Assembly (NCBI RefSeq): GCF_009834535.1
Contig: NC_045697.1
Span: forward strand, 118,608,001 to 118,668,000
Origin: Camelus ferus
Taxonomy: Eukaryota
Reading direction: 5' to 3'
Length of the DNA: 60,000 bases
Shown here piece after piece: positions 11,170 to 21,115 of this stretch. A program made the translations under genes and the position numbers. The notes beneath the pieces were generated by a model, which was not told where the DNA came from, made no database searches, and worked only from the letters and a program-made list of their open reading frames with translations. Numbering within the stretch: the first letter of the stretch is position 1; each line of letters starts with the position of its first letter.

Positions 11170-12560
11170 GAAATCGCACGACCGCATGGCAACGCAGCCC
11201 CCACACAGAGGCCACCGCGAGGCTGCCGAGCCCTCGCAGGGCGGCTCCGGGCACCGACCTGGCCCGCAGAGACCGCGGCGACCCCCGGCTCACCGATCCT
11301 CAAAGTGCTGCAGTCCTCGGGGGACGGAAGTCAGACCGCCAATCGGTAATTAACGCGCGCGCACACCCGCCTGCACACCCGCACACGCGTGCACACTCAC
11401 TCTCACGCCTCGGGCAAACCCCGGGCGGCGCCCCCGGAAGGCTGCCCGCGCTGAGCGACCCTGTGATCGCAGCCCTCTGCTCCCGAGGAGGGAGAATCGC
11501 TCACCCAAGCAGCCGCCGGCGGCACGAAGTTGCGGAGGAGCCGGAGCGGCCTCAGTCCCCGCGGGCTCTGAGGTCCAGGCGACCCCGGCGCCCCGACTTC
11601 CCGAGGAGGCGATGCTGCCCGGCGCCCCGGCCGTGGGAGAGCAGCGCGCGGCGCCCCCCGCGTCCTCACGCTCGCGCCCCGCGAGCGCAGACGCCAGCGC
11701 GGCCAGCCCTCCGCCCTCGGCCGCCGCGGGGCCCCCGGGCCGTGAGCTGCCCCGGGCGCCGTCTGCTTTGCTCCCTCGCTCCTCCCCGGCGTGGGAATCG
11801 GGCCCGGCCCCCAGGGCTGGGCAGCTGGGAGCGCAAGAAGGCTTCCGGTGCGGGGAGGGAGGAGGACCGGCCCAGGACTGGGGGCGCTCACCCGGGAGAC
11901 ACGACCCGGGGCGGGGACACGGCGACCACTTACTCGGTGGCTTCCCGGACCTCGGGGCTTCGTTCCCGGATCGCCGGCAGCTCCGGGGGCGCGCCTCGCA
12001 CAGCCGCACCGAGAGCGCACAAAGAGTGGGCTTCGGGGGCGGGAGAGGAGACCCTGCCGTGGCACCTGCGGGTCCCTGCGCAGGTGCACCCACCGCCCGC
12101 GAGGCCGCGGCGCTTAAGTCCGGTCTCCTGGCTCAACAGGCGGGGCGGGGCGCACAGCAAACCGGATTCCCCGCTCTGCGCCCCAGCGCTCAATCAGCTC
12201 TGCCCGGGCTCTGCCTGTGCCTCCGGATCTCTCTCTCTCTCATGGCCCGGAGGATCCCTTGCAGCGCCTCTCCCAGATGCCTTCGACTTCTCCTCGGAAC
12301 CCCTCCCCTCCCGTGCAACAAAGACTGAAAAAGAAAGTAGCTGCTGAAGCGCACCGTGGGGAGGTCACTGGGGGCAGCTCGCAGCGCGCCTTCCCCAGCA
12401 GGTGTCGGTCTCCCGGGGCGGCTCCCCGCTTTCTGGCGCAGCCAGAGTGGAAACCTGCGCGTGGAAAAGCAGCTCGGCGCCGAGTCCCCGCCACTACGAC
12501 CGGACCAGGGCAGGGTACCCAGTCCTCCAAACGCCCGCCCGACCGCCGTGACTGGGTGCA
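11170..12560 (-). promoter_or_regulatory. CpG-island promoter of an unidentified gene transcribed on the minus strand, with alternative non-coding first exons
   Basis: About 1.4 kb, very GC-rich with unsuppressed CpG. Tandem GC boxes 12139-12151, ETS CGGAAGT 11325-11331, CCAAT 11339-11343. Minus-strand donors: CGA|GTAAGT (GT at 11933), CGG|GTGAGC (11891), TGG|GTGAGC (11504), TCG|GTGAGC (11293). Confidence 0.8.
11934..12090 (-). other. Candidate non-coding first exon (5' UTR); start position approximate
   Basis: On the minus strand it lies downstream of GC boxes (12139-12151) and a CTTAAG element (12114-12119), and ends at the strong donor CGA|GTAAGT. Confidence 0.5.
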
Positions 12561-12883
12561 GTCAGAGGGGAGACGGGGACAAAGGAAGAGAAAGCGGAAA
12601 AAAAAAAAAAAAGGGAGGGAACTCAACGAAAATTTGACCCACTTAAAAAAAAAAAAGTTTTCCAGTATACACTGGTCCGGAAAAGCTAGTTTTCCGTGGT
12701 TAAAAACTTCACCTGGGAGAAACGGGAAACTGATGTCTGCATGGATGGTTTTCTTCTCCTGGTTTCCAATCTACTCCTTTGCAAATGCAGTTGTGTGGTT
12801 GCAGGGCAGTTACATCTTTCCAGTAAGATCCTGATTCTGTCACTTGGTTCAGTGCATTTAGTTCTGTGGTTGGGTGTGCGGGG

Positions 12884-12905
12884 GTGTGTGTGTGTGTGTG
12901 TGTGT
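12884..12905. repeat. (GT)11 microsatellite
   Basis: Seen directly in the sequence. Confidence 0.95.
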
Positions 12906-13643
12906 AGAAACAGAGAAGTAAGTTCTGATATGTTTGGAAGCACCTTCCTGACTTAAAAGAAAAAAACACATGCGTTACTCTCTTTCATTGTGAATTCATA
13001 ACTAATCATGAGTGTTATGTGCTCTCTCTTCAAGCCCAGGGACTTTGAGACAAAATGTTCATGGTTATCTCCAATTCTTGTATTTCTCCCTAAACCTTCC
13101 ACATAATCCCATCCTATTTTAGAATCATCACATCTGCACATTTTTCTCCCAGCCTTGACAACTAATGCTCTGCACATGTCAGAAGAAGCAGAAAAAAAAG
13201 ACATTTAAGTTTAAAAAAAAAAAGGTGTTTAACTAAACATTGCCTTAGTATTAGGCAAAAGCGCAGAGCTACGAATTTGCATTTTTGGTTCTGCCCTCTC
13301 AGGAACCTTCTCTTTCTCTACTCCCAGCACTTGATAATCTGTTAGATCAAAAGGTCGTTTGTCCTCAGAGTACTTAGAATTTAAGGCCTCAAAAAAAAAA
13401 AAAAAAAAAAGGAAGAAAGAAAAGAAAAAGAAACTGCCAGTAATGCATAATTGGAAGAGAATCTTACACTATAAAAAAAAATATAGTGGTATGAAATTGC
13501 AGAGAAAGAAGAGGTATCCTCAGACACAGGAGAAATACTTCATAAGGGAACAGCATGAGAGTTAGGCCTTAAAAGGTAGTTCAGATTTTAGAAAAGATAA
13601 AATAAGGAAGTTTTTATCTTTTCTTTTGTGTTGTGCTTTTCAG

Positions 13644-13729
13644 GCAGAGGCAAACTTGTGAGCAAAGGCCTGGAGGTGGTGTCCTTTGCAAAGGGCACCA
13701 ATAAAAGTCCAGGAAGCTGAGCTAGGAAG
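13644..13729 (+). ncRNA. Candidate exon of a divergent lncRNA from the CpG island
   Basis: Long polypyrimidine tract plus CAG acceptor (13611-13643), donor AAG|GTAATT at 13730, upstream donor GAA|GTAAGT at 12918, AATAAA at 13700. Confidence 0.3.
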
Positions 13730-13925
13730 GTAATTTGGGTGGCCTCACTTGGCCTGTCCTCCAGCTGCCACACATCGTAGGTTTGTATCAAACCCGGTTT
13801 TTTGGCTTTGGCATTACTCTGGTCAATATCGCTCTTGGCTTCGATGGCGACCTGTTTAACTGGTTCATCTCTGCCTTCACCATCCTCAAATTCTGAGGCA
13901 CGCCAAACTCCTCGATAAGGACCAC

Positions 13926-14032
13926 TTTTTTTTAATTGAAGTATAGTCAGTTTACAATGTCATGTCAATTTCTGGTGTACGGCACAAGGCTTCAGTCATA
14001 CATGAACATACATATATTCATTTTCATATTCA
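13926..14032 (-). mobile_element. Severely 5'-truncated L1 3' end with TSD
   Basis: ttttttttaattgaagtatagtcagtttacaatg... flanked by ataaggac(ca/gg)cttt at 13915 and 14033. Confidence 0.85.
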
Positions 14033-14115
14033 ATAAGGACGGCTTTTAACCTCAGTAATTTCTTCCAGGGCTTGCTCAGCTTTACCAAGGGTAAGCCCTC
14101 AGCTGCAGTCTTGTA

Positions 14116-14583
14116 CAGGCAGTCCTCAGAGATACTGCGGGTTCGGTTCCAGACCACCAAGATAAAGCAAGTATCACAATAAATCGAGTCACATGAATTT
14201 TTTGTTCCCAGCTCGTGTAAAACTTATGTTTACACCATGCTGCAGCCTAAGTGTGCAGTAGCATTTGTCTTAAAAAAAAAAAAATGTATCTACTTTGGCT
14301 GAAAACTACGTTGTTGCTAAAAAGTCCTAAGCATCATGTGAGCCTTTGGCGAGTCTCAGTAGTAACATCAAAGATCACTGATCCCAGATCACCGTAACTA
14401 ATTTAATAATAATGAAAATGTTTGAAATATTTCACGAATTAGCAAAATGTGACACAGACATGAAGTGAGAAAATGCCGTTGGAAAAACGGTGCCGATAGA
14501 CTTGCTTGACGCAGGGGTTGTCACAAACGTTCAATTTGTAAAAAATACAGGAAGAGGAAGTACAGTGAAAAGAGGTCTGCCTG
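14116..14583 (-). mobile_element. Tigger1-derived non-autonomous DNA transposon (Tigger1a-like MITE)
   Basis: Terminal inverted repeats caggcagtcctc... and ...gaggtctgcctg, TA on both sides. gagatactgcgggttcggttccagaccacc matches the reverse-complemented Tigger1 terminus. Confidence 0.85.
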
Positions 14584-14721
14584 TATGCTTCTCCCATTCT
14601 TTGTGGGGTGTGTGGGAAAAGCAGCCAGTCTAGGATGCTGGGGCCACCAGAAGGTGATTGTGAAAAACTTCTCTTACCTGGATGATTGATATGCCCTGGA
14701 AAGGTAGTGAGAGTTCCTTGT

Positions 14722-14904
14722 GGGGAGGGTGGAGCTCAGTGGTAGATTGCATGCTTAGCAAGCACAAGGTCCTGGGTTCAATCCCCAGTACCTCCATTAA
14801 ATAAATAAGTAAATAAACCTAATCCCCACCACCACCTCCCAAAAAAAAAAAAAAAAAAACAAACGTTAAAAAAAATGGCCACAGGAAAAGAATTAAAAAA
14901 AAAA
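14722..14904 (+). mobile_element. vic-1-type tRNA-Ala SINE with TSD
   Basis: ggggagggtggagctcagtggtagattgcatgcttagcaagcacaaggtcctgggttcaatccccagtacctcca; TSD agttccttg at 14712-14720 and 14905-14913. Confidence 0.92.
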
Positions 14905-15444
14905 AGTTCCTTGATGTTAGGGAAATCATTTTTCCAGCCTTAGTGTCTAGCCATGGGTATGTCCCACAGAAGGGATTCAGTAAAATGATCATTAAGTGGA
15001 TACATGAGCACCTGAATATCTCATTATCTTTGAGGTCTGTTCTGTCTTATAGATGGTGTGGTTAAACCTACCTGCCTCCACTTTATTGAGAATAGGGAAG
15101 TTGTCAGGGCAACTTAATGAAAATGTCAACAAGGGCAAGTATTCAGTTTAAAGCAGTCTCTGTGTCTCTGTCTCTGAGGTAGAAAGGTTCGAGTTTTTCT
15201 CAGGATTCTTTGTTTTTCCTTTTGCATGATGGACAACAGCACAAAAGCATTCAAATGTGCATTCTTTTCACACTTGCAAATGACAGTGGTAATCATAGAT
15301 GCCATCCACCACCTTGCTGCTCAGAGTGCGGTCTCTGTATCGGCAGCAAGGCCAAGACCTGTGATCCTGTCAGAAATGCCTCCTCCAAACCTCCTGAACC
15401 AGAATTTTCGTTTAGCAAAATCCTCAGTTAACTCACATGCATAT

Positions 15445-15550
15445 GGAAGTTTTCCAAGCACAGATCTGCAGTCAGCTCATTAAGGATGCTGGACCTGGAA
15501 ATGGGCTTCAGGAATCTGTTCATTCCTGGGGAGCTGGAGAACCAGCTGGG
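15445..15550. mobile_element. MER5-like hAT-Charlie fragment
   Basis: ctggaaatgggcttcaggaatctgttcatt...ggagaacca. Confidence 0.4.
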
Positions 15551-16129
15551 ATATTAGCACCATATCAGTTCAAATAAAGTAATGGGACTAATGGATTCAT
15601 CTTTATTGGCCTCTTGGTCAAGTTCATAGACTAAAACCACAAGTTCCCAAACCAAGGGGAATTCAGAGGGAAGAGGGGAGGGGAGCAGTTAGGCAGGAAG
15701 GGAGAAACGTGAGGAACGTTGCACAATACTGCATCCATACTTTTTTTCTGTGTCCAAAGCAGAACTTTAGTATTTTAGCAAGCAAACCGCTGCCTGTCCT
15801 GTCTATCAAATCAAAGTAACTTGTCAAACACAAGAAACATAAGAGTAAACTTCTGTATCTTTTTTTTCTTTTTATTATTGTTTCCCCTCCTTAAGATCAT
15901 TGGTTTTCCATTTGTCTTAAACACACGCAGTTAAGATACATTTTACACTGGCAACTTGCGATTGCTGAGACCATGTTAGCATCCAGATGTCCCATTTCAG
16001 TTGAGGAAAAGAGAACGTTGAGGTCGGAGTCCCTAAATTCCTGGTCCCAGCATTCATGAAGCACCTTGGACTTTAAGAGAGGCTAACAGTGACAGAAATG
16101 TTTGTCATTATGTCTTCTCAGAACAGATG

Positions 16130-16980
16130 GTGTTTGTCAGCATTAAATAGAGTGGTTGACAGAATGATGCACCAGACCCCTGACTTCAACCCCAGGAGAA
16201 GATGTCCTTATCCAGAGACCTGTGACCAGGTTATGTTACCTGGCACGTGGCAAGGGGTCGTTCAGTCTGCACACAGAAGCAAGGTTGTAACCAACTGACC
16301 TTGAGATAACCATGATCCCTGGTTACCTGTGTGGCCCAGTGTAATCACAAGGGTCCTGATAAGTGGAAGATGCAGGTAAGAGAGTCAAGGTCAGAGTCAG
16401 AGACAGTCAGACTGATGCAGTGTGAGAAAGACTGACGAACTGTGGTTACCCAAGAGGAAAGGATGGGGAGGGATAAACTAGGAGTTTGGGATTAGCAGAT
16501 ACACATGACTCTATAAAAGTGATAAACAACAAGGACCTACTGTCTATTACAGAGAACTATATTCAATATCTTGTAGTAAACTATAATGGAAAAGAATCTG
16601 AGGAAATATATGTACGTGTATAACTGAATCACTTTGCTGTACTCCAGAAACTAACATTGTAAGTCAACTACACTTCAATGAAAAATGCAATTTAAAAAGC
16701 ACATAAAAAAAAAAGAAAGACTGGGCGAGCAGTCACTGGTTTTGCAGACGGGAAGGCGTCAGTAGCCAAGGGATGTGTGCAGCCGCTGGACCTGGACAAG
16801 GCTGGAAAACCCATCCCCCGGATCCTCTGGGAGAGAAGCAGCCTCATGGACACTTGGGTTCCAGGCCAGTGAGGCTCATTCAAACCTCCAACGCTTAGAA
16901 TGGAAGGTGGTTCACCTGCATTGCTTTAAGGAGCAGCTTTGTGGTTATTTATTGTGGCAGCAATGGAAAGGATTCCGACT
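16130..16980 (+). mobile_element. MaLR MLT1 (D/E-like) solo LTR, interrupted by an L1
   Basis: gacctgtgaccaggttatgttac...gaccttgagat...gtgtggcccagtgtaatcacaagggtcctgataagtggaaga...; 3' end ttgctttaag...tttgtggttatttattgtggcagcaatggaaa. Confidence 0.8.
16435..16713 (+). mobile_element. 5'-truncated L1 3' end nested in MLT1
   Basis: tggttacc...gggataaactaggagtttgggattagcagataca...caactacacttcaat plus A tail; perfect TSD agaaagactg at 16425-16434 and 16714-16723. Confidence 0.92.
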
Positions 16981-17162
16981 TCAGTCCTGGGAAGCAGGGT
17001 GCTGTTGGAACAGAGACCCCAAACTGGAGTGGGGCACTGGCAAAGGCAGGAAGAATTTCGCGGGGCCTGATTTTTCAAAAAGCCTTGGTTGCATGTACTA
17101 TTAGTGAAAACATAGCTGTTAGATCTGCTAGTGAGGACCCGGACCCGCAGCAGGAAAAACCT

Positions 17163-17668
17163 TGTCAATCAAAAACAAATGCACTACTTGAAAGTTGATA
17201 ATTATGTTTCATTTGCTGGACTTCCTGAGAACATCAAGCCTGGGAGGTGGCCTCCCAGATCGCTCAGCTCCGAAGAGGGAAGGGAGGAGCCAGCATTTAT
17301 AGGAGTTTTTGCAGCAAAGACCAGGTAGTGGGAATATCTGTAATTAAAGATTACTGTTAATGAAAGAAAGCCAGATGTCTCAAGTTAATGAATTTAGCGC
17401 TTTTCTATGTGTGGGAAGATGCTAGGGTCTGGGTTCATTGAAATCATTCCTTGGATGTGCACCATAGCTGTCTAGGGTCAGTGTCCTGTGCTTTCCCATC
17501 CTGAGTCCCCTCAGGGGGCACTGTTGGGGGTGGCAGCAGAGGCCGGGCTGCCTGCTTGTCTGCATCCTGAGCCCCCTCAGCTCACCATCAGGGGTGGCGG
17601 CAGCGGCTGATGACTTGATGGCCACAGCATCCTTTGTTTACTGATACGGCTGCAATGTTTCATTCACA
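17163..17668 (-). mobile_element. ERV1-class solo LTR (family A, copy 1)
   Basis: TG...CA termini, 4-bp flanks acct/gcct, reverse complement of 18141-18642. Confidence 0.85.
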
Positions 17669-18140
17669 GCCTCCATCATCTTAGAGACTCCTGACATGTG
17701 GCCTGTGCTCTGCCAGCGAAGTGTGGATGGGAAACTCCTGCCGGTGGAGGCACAGATGGAAATGAGGCGGCTGTTAAGGGAAAACCGGGGAAGGGCAGGA
17801 ACTGAACAGAACCGTAGTCTGCGGGTATCTGGAAATGGTGAATTGGGACATTTAGCCAAGGCAATTTCTAAGCAAAGTGTCGCAGGCACGGGCTGGTTTC
17901 TTTTTGATGCTTATTGTAAAATGTGAGGGGAAAGGGGTGGGTTGAAGGAGGAACTGCGAAGCACGGAGGAACCAGGACTGGTGACATGGGGGATCTTCAG
18001 CTTCTCCGGATGCTTGAGTGAGTGTGCCCTGCCGAACTTTTCTGGGTAAAAGTGATGTTCTTGGACTTTGGCCATCCTGAGAGGTTTTGTTAATGCTCAT
18101 ATTTGAAAAATCTGCTGAGTGTATTTATACAGTAGACCCC

Positions 18141-18642
18141 TGTGAATGAAAACATTGCAGCCGTATCAGTAAACAAAGGATGCTGTGACCATCAAGTCAT
18201 CAGACGCTACCGCCACCCCTGACGGTGAACGGAGGGGGCTCAGGATGCAGACAAGCAGGCAGCGTGGCCTCTGCTGCACCCCCAACAGTGCCCCCTGAGG
18301 GGACTCAGGATGGGAAAGCACAGGACACTGGCCCAAGACAGCCAGCACATCAAAGGAATGATTTCAATGGACCCAGACCTTTGCACCTTCCCACATATAG
18401 AAAAGCGCTAAATTCCTTAACTTGAGATGTCTGGTTTTCTTTCATTAACAGTAATCTTTTGATGTTCTGACTACCTGGTCTTTGCTGCAAAATCTCCTGT
18501 AAATCCTGGCCCCTATCCAGCCTCAGTGGAACAGTCTCTTAGAGCATCTGAGAGGCTGCCTTCCAGGCTTAAGTCCTCAGAAAGTCCGCCAAGTAAAACA
18601 TAACTCTCAACTTTTAGGCTGTGCATTTTATTTCAGGTGACA
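18141..18642 (+). mobile_element. ERV1-class solo LTR (family A, copy 2)
   Basis: TG...CA termini, TSD cccc/cccc, TATA-like ctcctgtaaat and polyA-like agtaaa near the 3' end. Confidence 0.85.
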
Positions 18643-19264
18643 CCCCCATATTTTAATCTTATGTCCTAAAGTAATAATTATATTCACTCTTTCTGCCCTG
18701 ATAACAACACTGGTACTTATAAATTGTGTTTCAGAAAAAAAGGTCAAAATAATATCTATATATCTCAATGTATTTAATACTGCTTTTAAAATGCTCCCCC
18801 ACAGAAATAGCTTACAATTGCATTGAGTTCAGGAAACTGAAAGAAAAACATAAGGTAGAAACAGTGATGTGAAAAGTTCCTAAGATGAAGGGGTTAATGG
18901 ATACTGCAAAATAAACGTCTGACACACTTGTTCTAAGGTATTTATTGAATGTAACTATGTTTACTCCATCTAGTAAAAGATTATTTCACATGAATAAAAG
19001 TTGACAAGTCTAAAAAGAACAGTTCAGCCATACAAAGCTATGTTGCCTGTAAGGAAAAGGATCCACAGCTGAGATTAAGCTCTCTTTCTAACTTAGTTAA
19101 AACACACAGTTCTTGATGCTGCTTTTTCTCCAGCTTAGCCTCCCCGCTCCCCACTCTTACTCCTTGGCTTTTCAAAATAATTGATCATAGAAAGAGAGAG
19201 TCTATTTTCTGAGTCCTTGACTTCACTCTTTTTTTAAATAGGAAAACTAATGCTAGCTGCCAAC

Positions 19265-19737
19265 AAAGACATTATTTGAGTTATTTATAACAGCCCCAAG
19301 TTGGAAACAACCCAAATGTCCACCAACAGATGAGCAAATTACGGTAGAACCATAGGACGGAATACTGCTCCGCATTGGAAAAGGGGAAATTACTGACACA
19401 CAGCCACATAGGTGGAGCTAAGAACCACTACGCTGAGGAAAAAGAAAAACAAGACACACAAAAGATTACACAGTGCACGTCTTCATTTATATGAACCTCT
19501 AGAGAGGGCAAGACTGATCTGTAATGACAGAGGACAGATCAGTGGTTGCCTGGACCAGGGTGGGGAACTGCTGGGAAAGGGTACCAGGGACTTTCTGGCT
19601 GATGGAAATACTCTATCTCATGCTCGTGGTGGTGGTGACGAGGGTATATGCGTTTATCAAAACTCATAGAATTGTACACTTAAAATGGGTATATTTTACT
19701 GTATGTACATTTATCTCAATAAAGTTGTCTTTAAAAC
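19265..19737 (+). mobile_element. Old L1 (L1ME/MC) 3' end
   Basis: ttatttataacagccccaagttggaaacaacccaaatgtccaccaacagatg...aaaactcatagaattgtacacttaaaatgggtatattttactgtatgtacatttatctcaataaagttg. Confidence 0.85.
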
Positions 19738-19829
19738 GAGAGCTGGAAACAACAAAGTTATTAAAAGAAGGACAAATGAAATCTCTTCTGGGGTTCCAAA
19801 ATGTTAATTGTCAAAAAAGGATCATAGTA

Positions 19830-20078
19830 TAGTTTGCACTGTGCGATGTAAACTGTGCGTCAGACGCTCTTCTCAGCGCCACATGCATTAGGTCATTTCT
19901 TTCTTCCAGTGACCCTTTCAGGTGAGCACTGAGATTATGTCTGTTTTACAAACAAGAAAAATGAGGTATAAGGAAATTAAGCAACTTTCCCCAAGTCACA
20001 CAGCGAGCAAGCAGCAGAAGCAGGACTCAGACTCAGGTGGTCTGGCTCCGGACCCTGCGGTGTGAATCCCTCTGGTCT
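19830..20078 (-). mobile_element. MIR SINE
   Basis: ctgttttacaaacaagaaaaatgagg...aattaagcaactttccccaagtcacacagc...ggactcagactcaggtggtctggctcc. Confidence 0.8.
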
Positions 20079-20089
20079 CCCTGCCAATA

Positions 20090-20235
20090 GCTTGTTAATT
20101 ATGCAAAACAAAGAGCTCCACTCAGCCTGATTATATCCACATCTTTGGGCACTGCCAGGTCCCAGGAATTTACATTTTAACAAGCATCCGTAGCTCATTC
20201 TGGTGGTTGAAGATGGACTCAGAGACACTAAATAT
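20090..20235. mobile_element. MER5A-like hAT-Charlie element
   Basis: cttgttaattatgca...cccaggaatttacattttaacaagcatcc. Confidence 0.6.
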
Positions 20236-20718
20236 TTCACAGTAGTAAAGTTGTCTTATTGCAGAAGTCTCTGGGCTGGTACACATTCCGGATGCCATTA
20301 AGTCATAGGGTTTTCAACACTTGTACTTCAAACTGTTTGGACGTTCTTTAAATTTCTTTGTTTGGCATTAGTTTCAGTTCCACGTGAACAGCAGAGAACA
20401 CGAGTTTCAACAGCTTTATTTCCTAACAGGAATGGTTAACTACATCGCAGCAAGTGCGTTTCCATTTATTTATGCATTTATAGAAGGAAAGAGAGGGAGA
20501 GAGACTGAGGCAGAGACAGAGACAGAGGAGGAAGAAAGGAAGGAAAGAAGAAGGTCACTGAACAGGCAGGCAAAGCACTGGAAGTATAGTCAATAAAGCT
20601 GCTTATGAAAGAAACTACTGAGAAAATCACACTCAGGTAACTTCAGCCAATTCTTGTCATAAAGATTGACTTGTTCCTGCTTCTTCTCATGGTAAGGCAC
20701 ACTTAAAAATAAGCATTG

Positions 20719-21084
20719 GCACTACTTCAATTAAAAAAATAAAAATAAATTAAAAAGCCCTTCATAAAGAATAAATGCCGGAAAGAGTGTGGAGAAAAGG
20801 GAACCCCCTACACTGTTGGTGGGAATGCAGTTTGGTGCAGCCACTGTGGAAAACAGCATGGAGAGTCCTCAAAAAACTAAAACTAGACTTACCCTATGAT
20901 CCAGCAATCCCACTCCTAGGTATATAGCTGGAAGGAACTCTAATTGGAAATGACACATGCACCCCAATGTTCACAGCAGCACTATTTACGATAGCCAAGA
21001 CATGGAAACAACCTAAATGTCAATCGACAGATGACTGAATAAAGAAGTTGTGGTATATTTGTACAATGTAATACTACTCAGCCA

Positions 21085-21115
<31 letters not shown>

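Noticed and set aside
11350..12834. Long overlapping ORFs (205-294 aa) on both strands
   Set aside because: They are Pro/Arg/Gly/Ala-rich, open in most frames and mostly lack ATG starts. This is the expected stop-codon depletion of a CpG island, and no domain is recognisable
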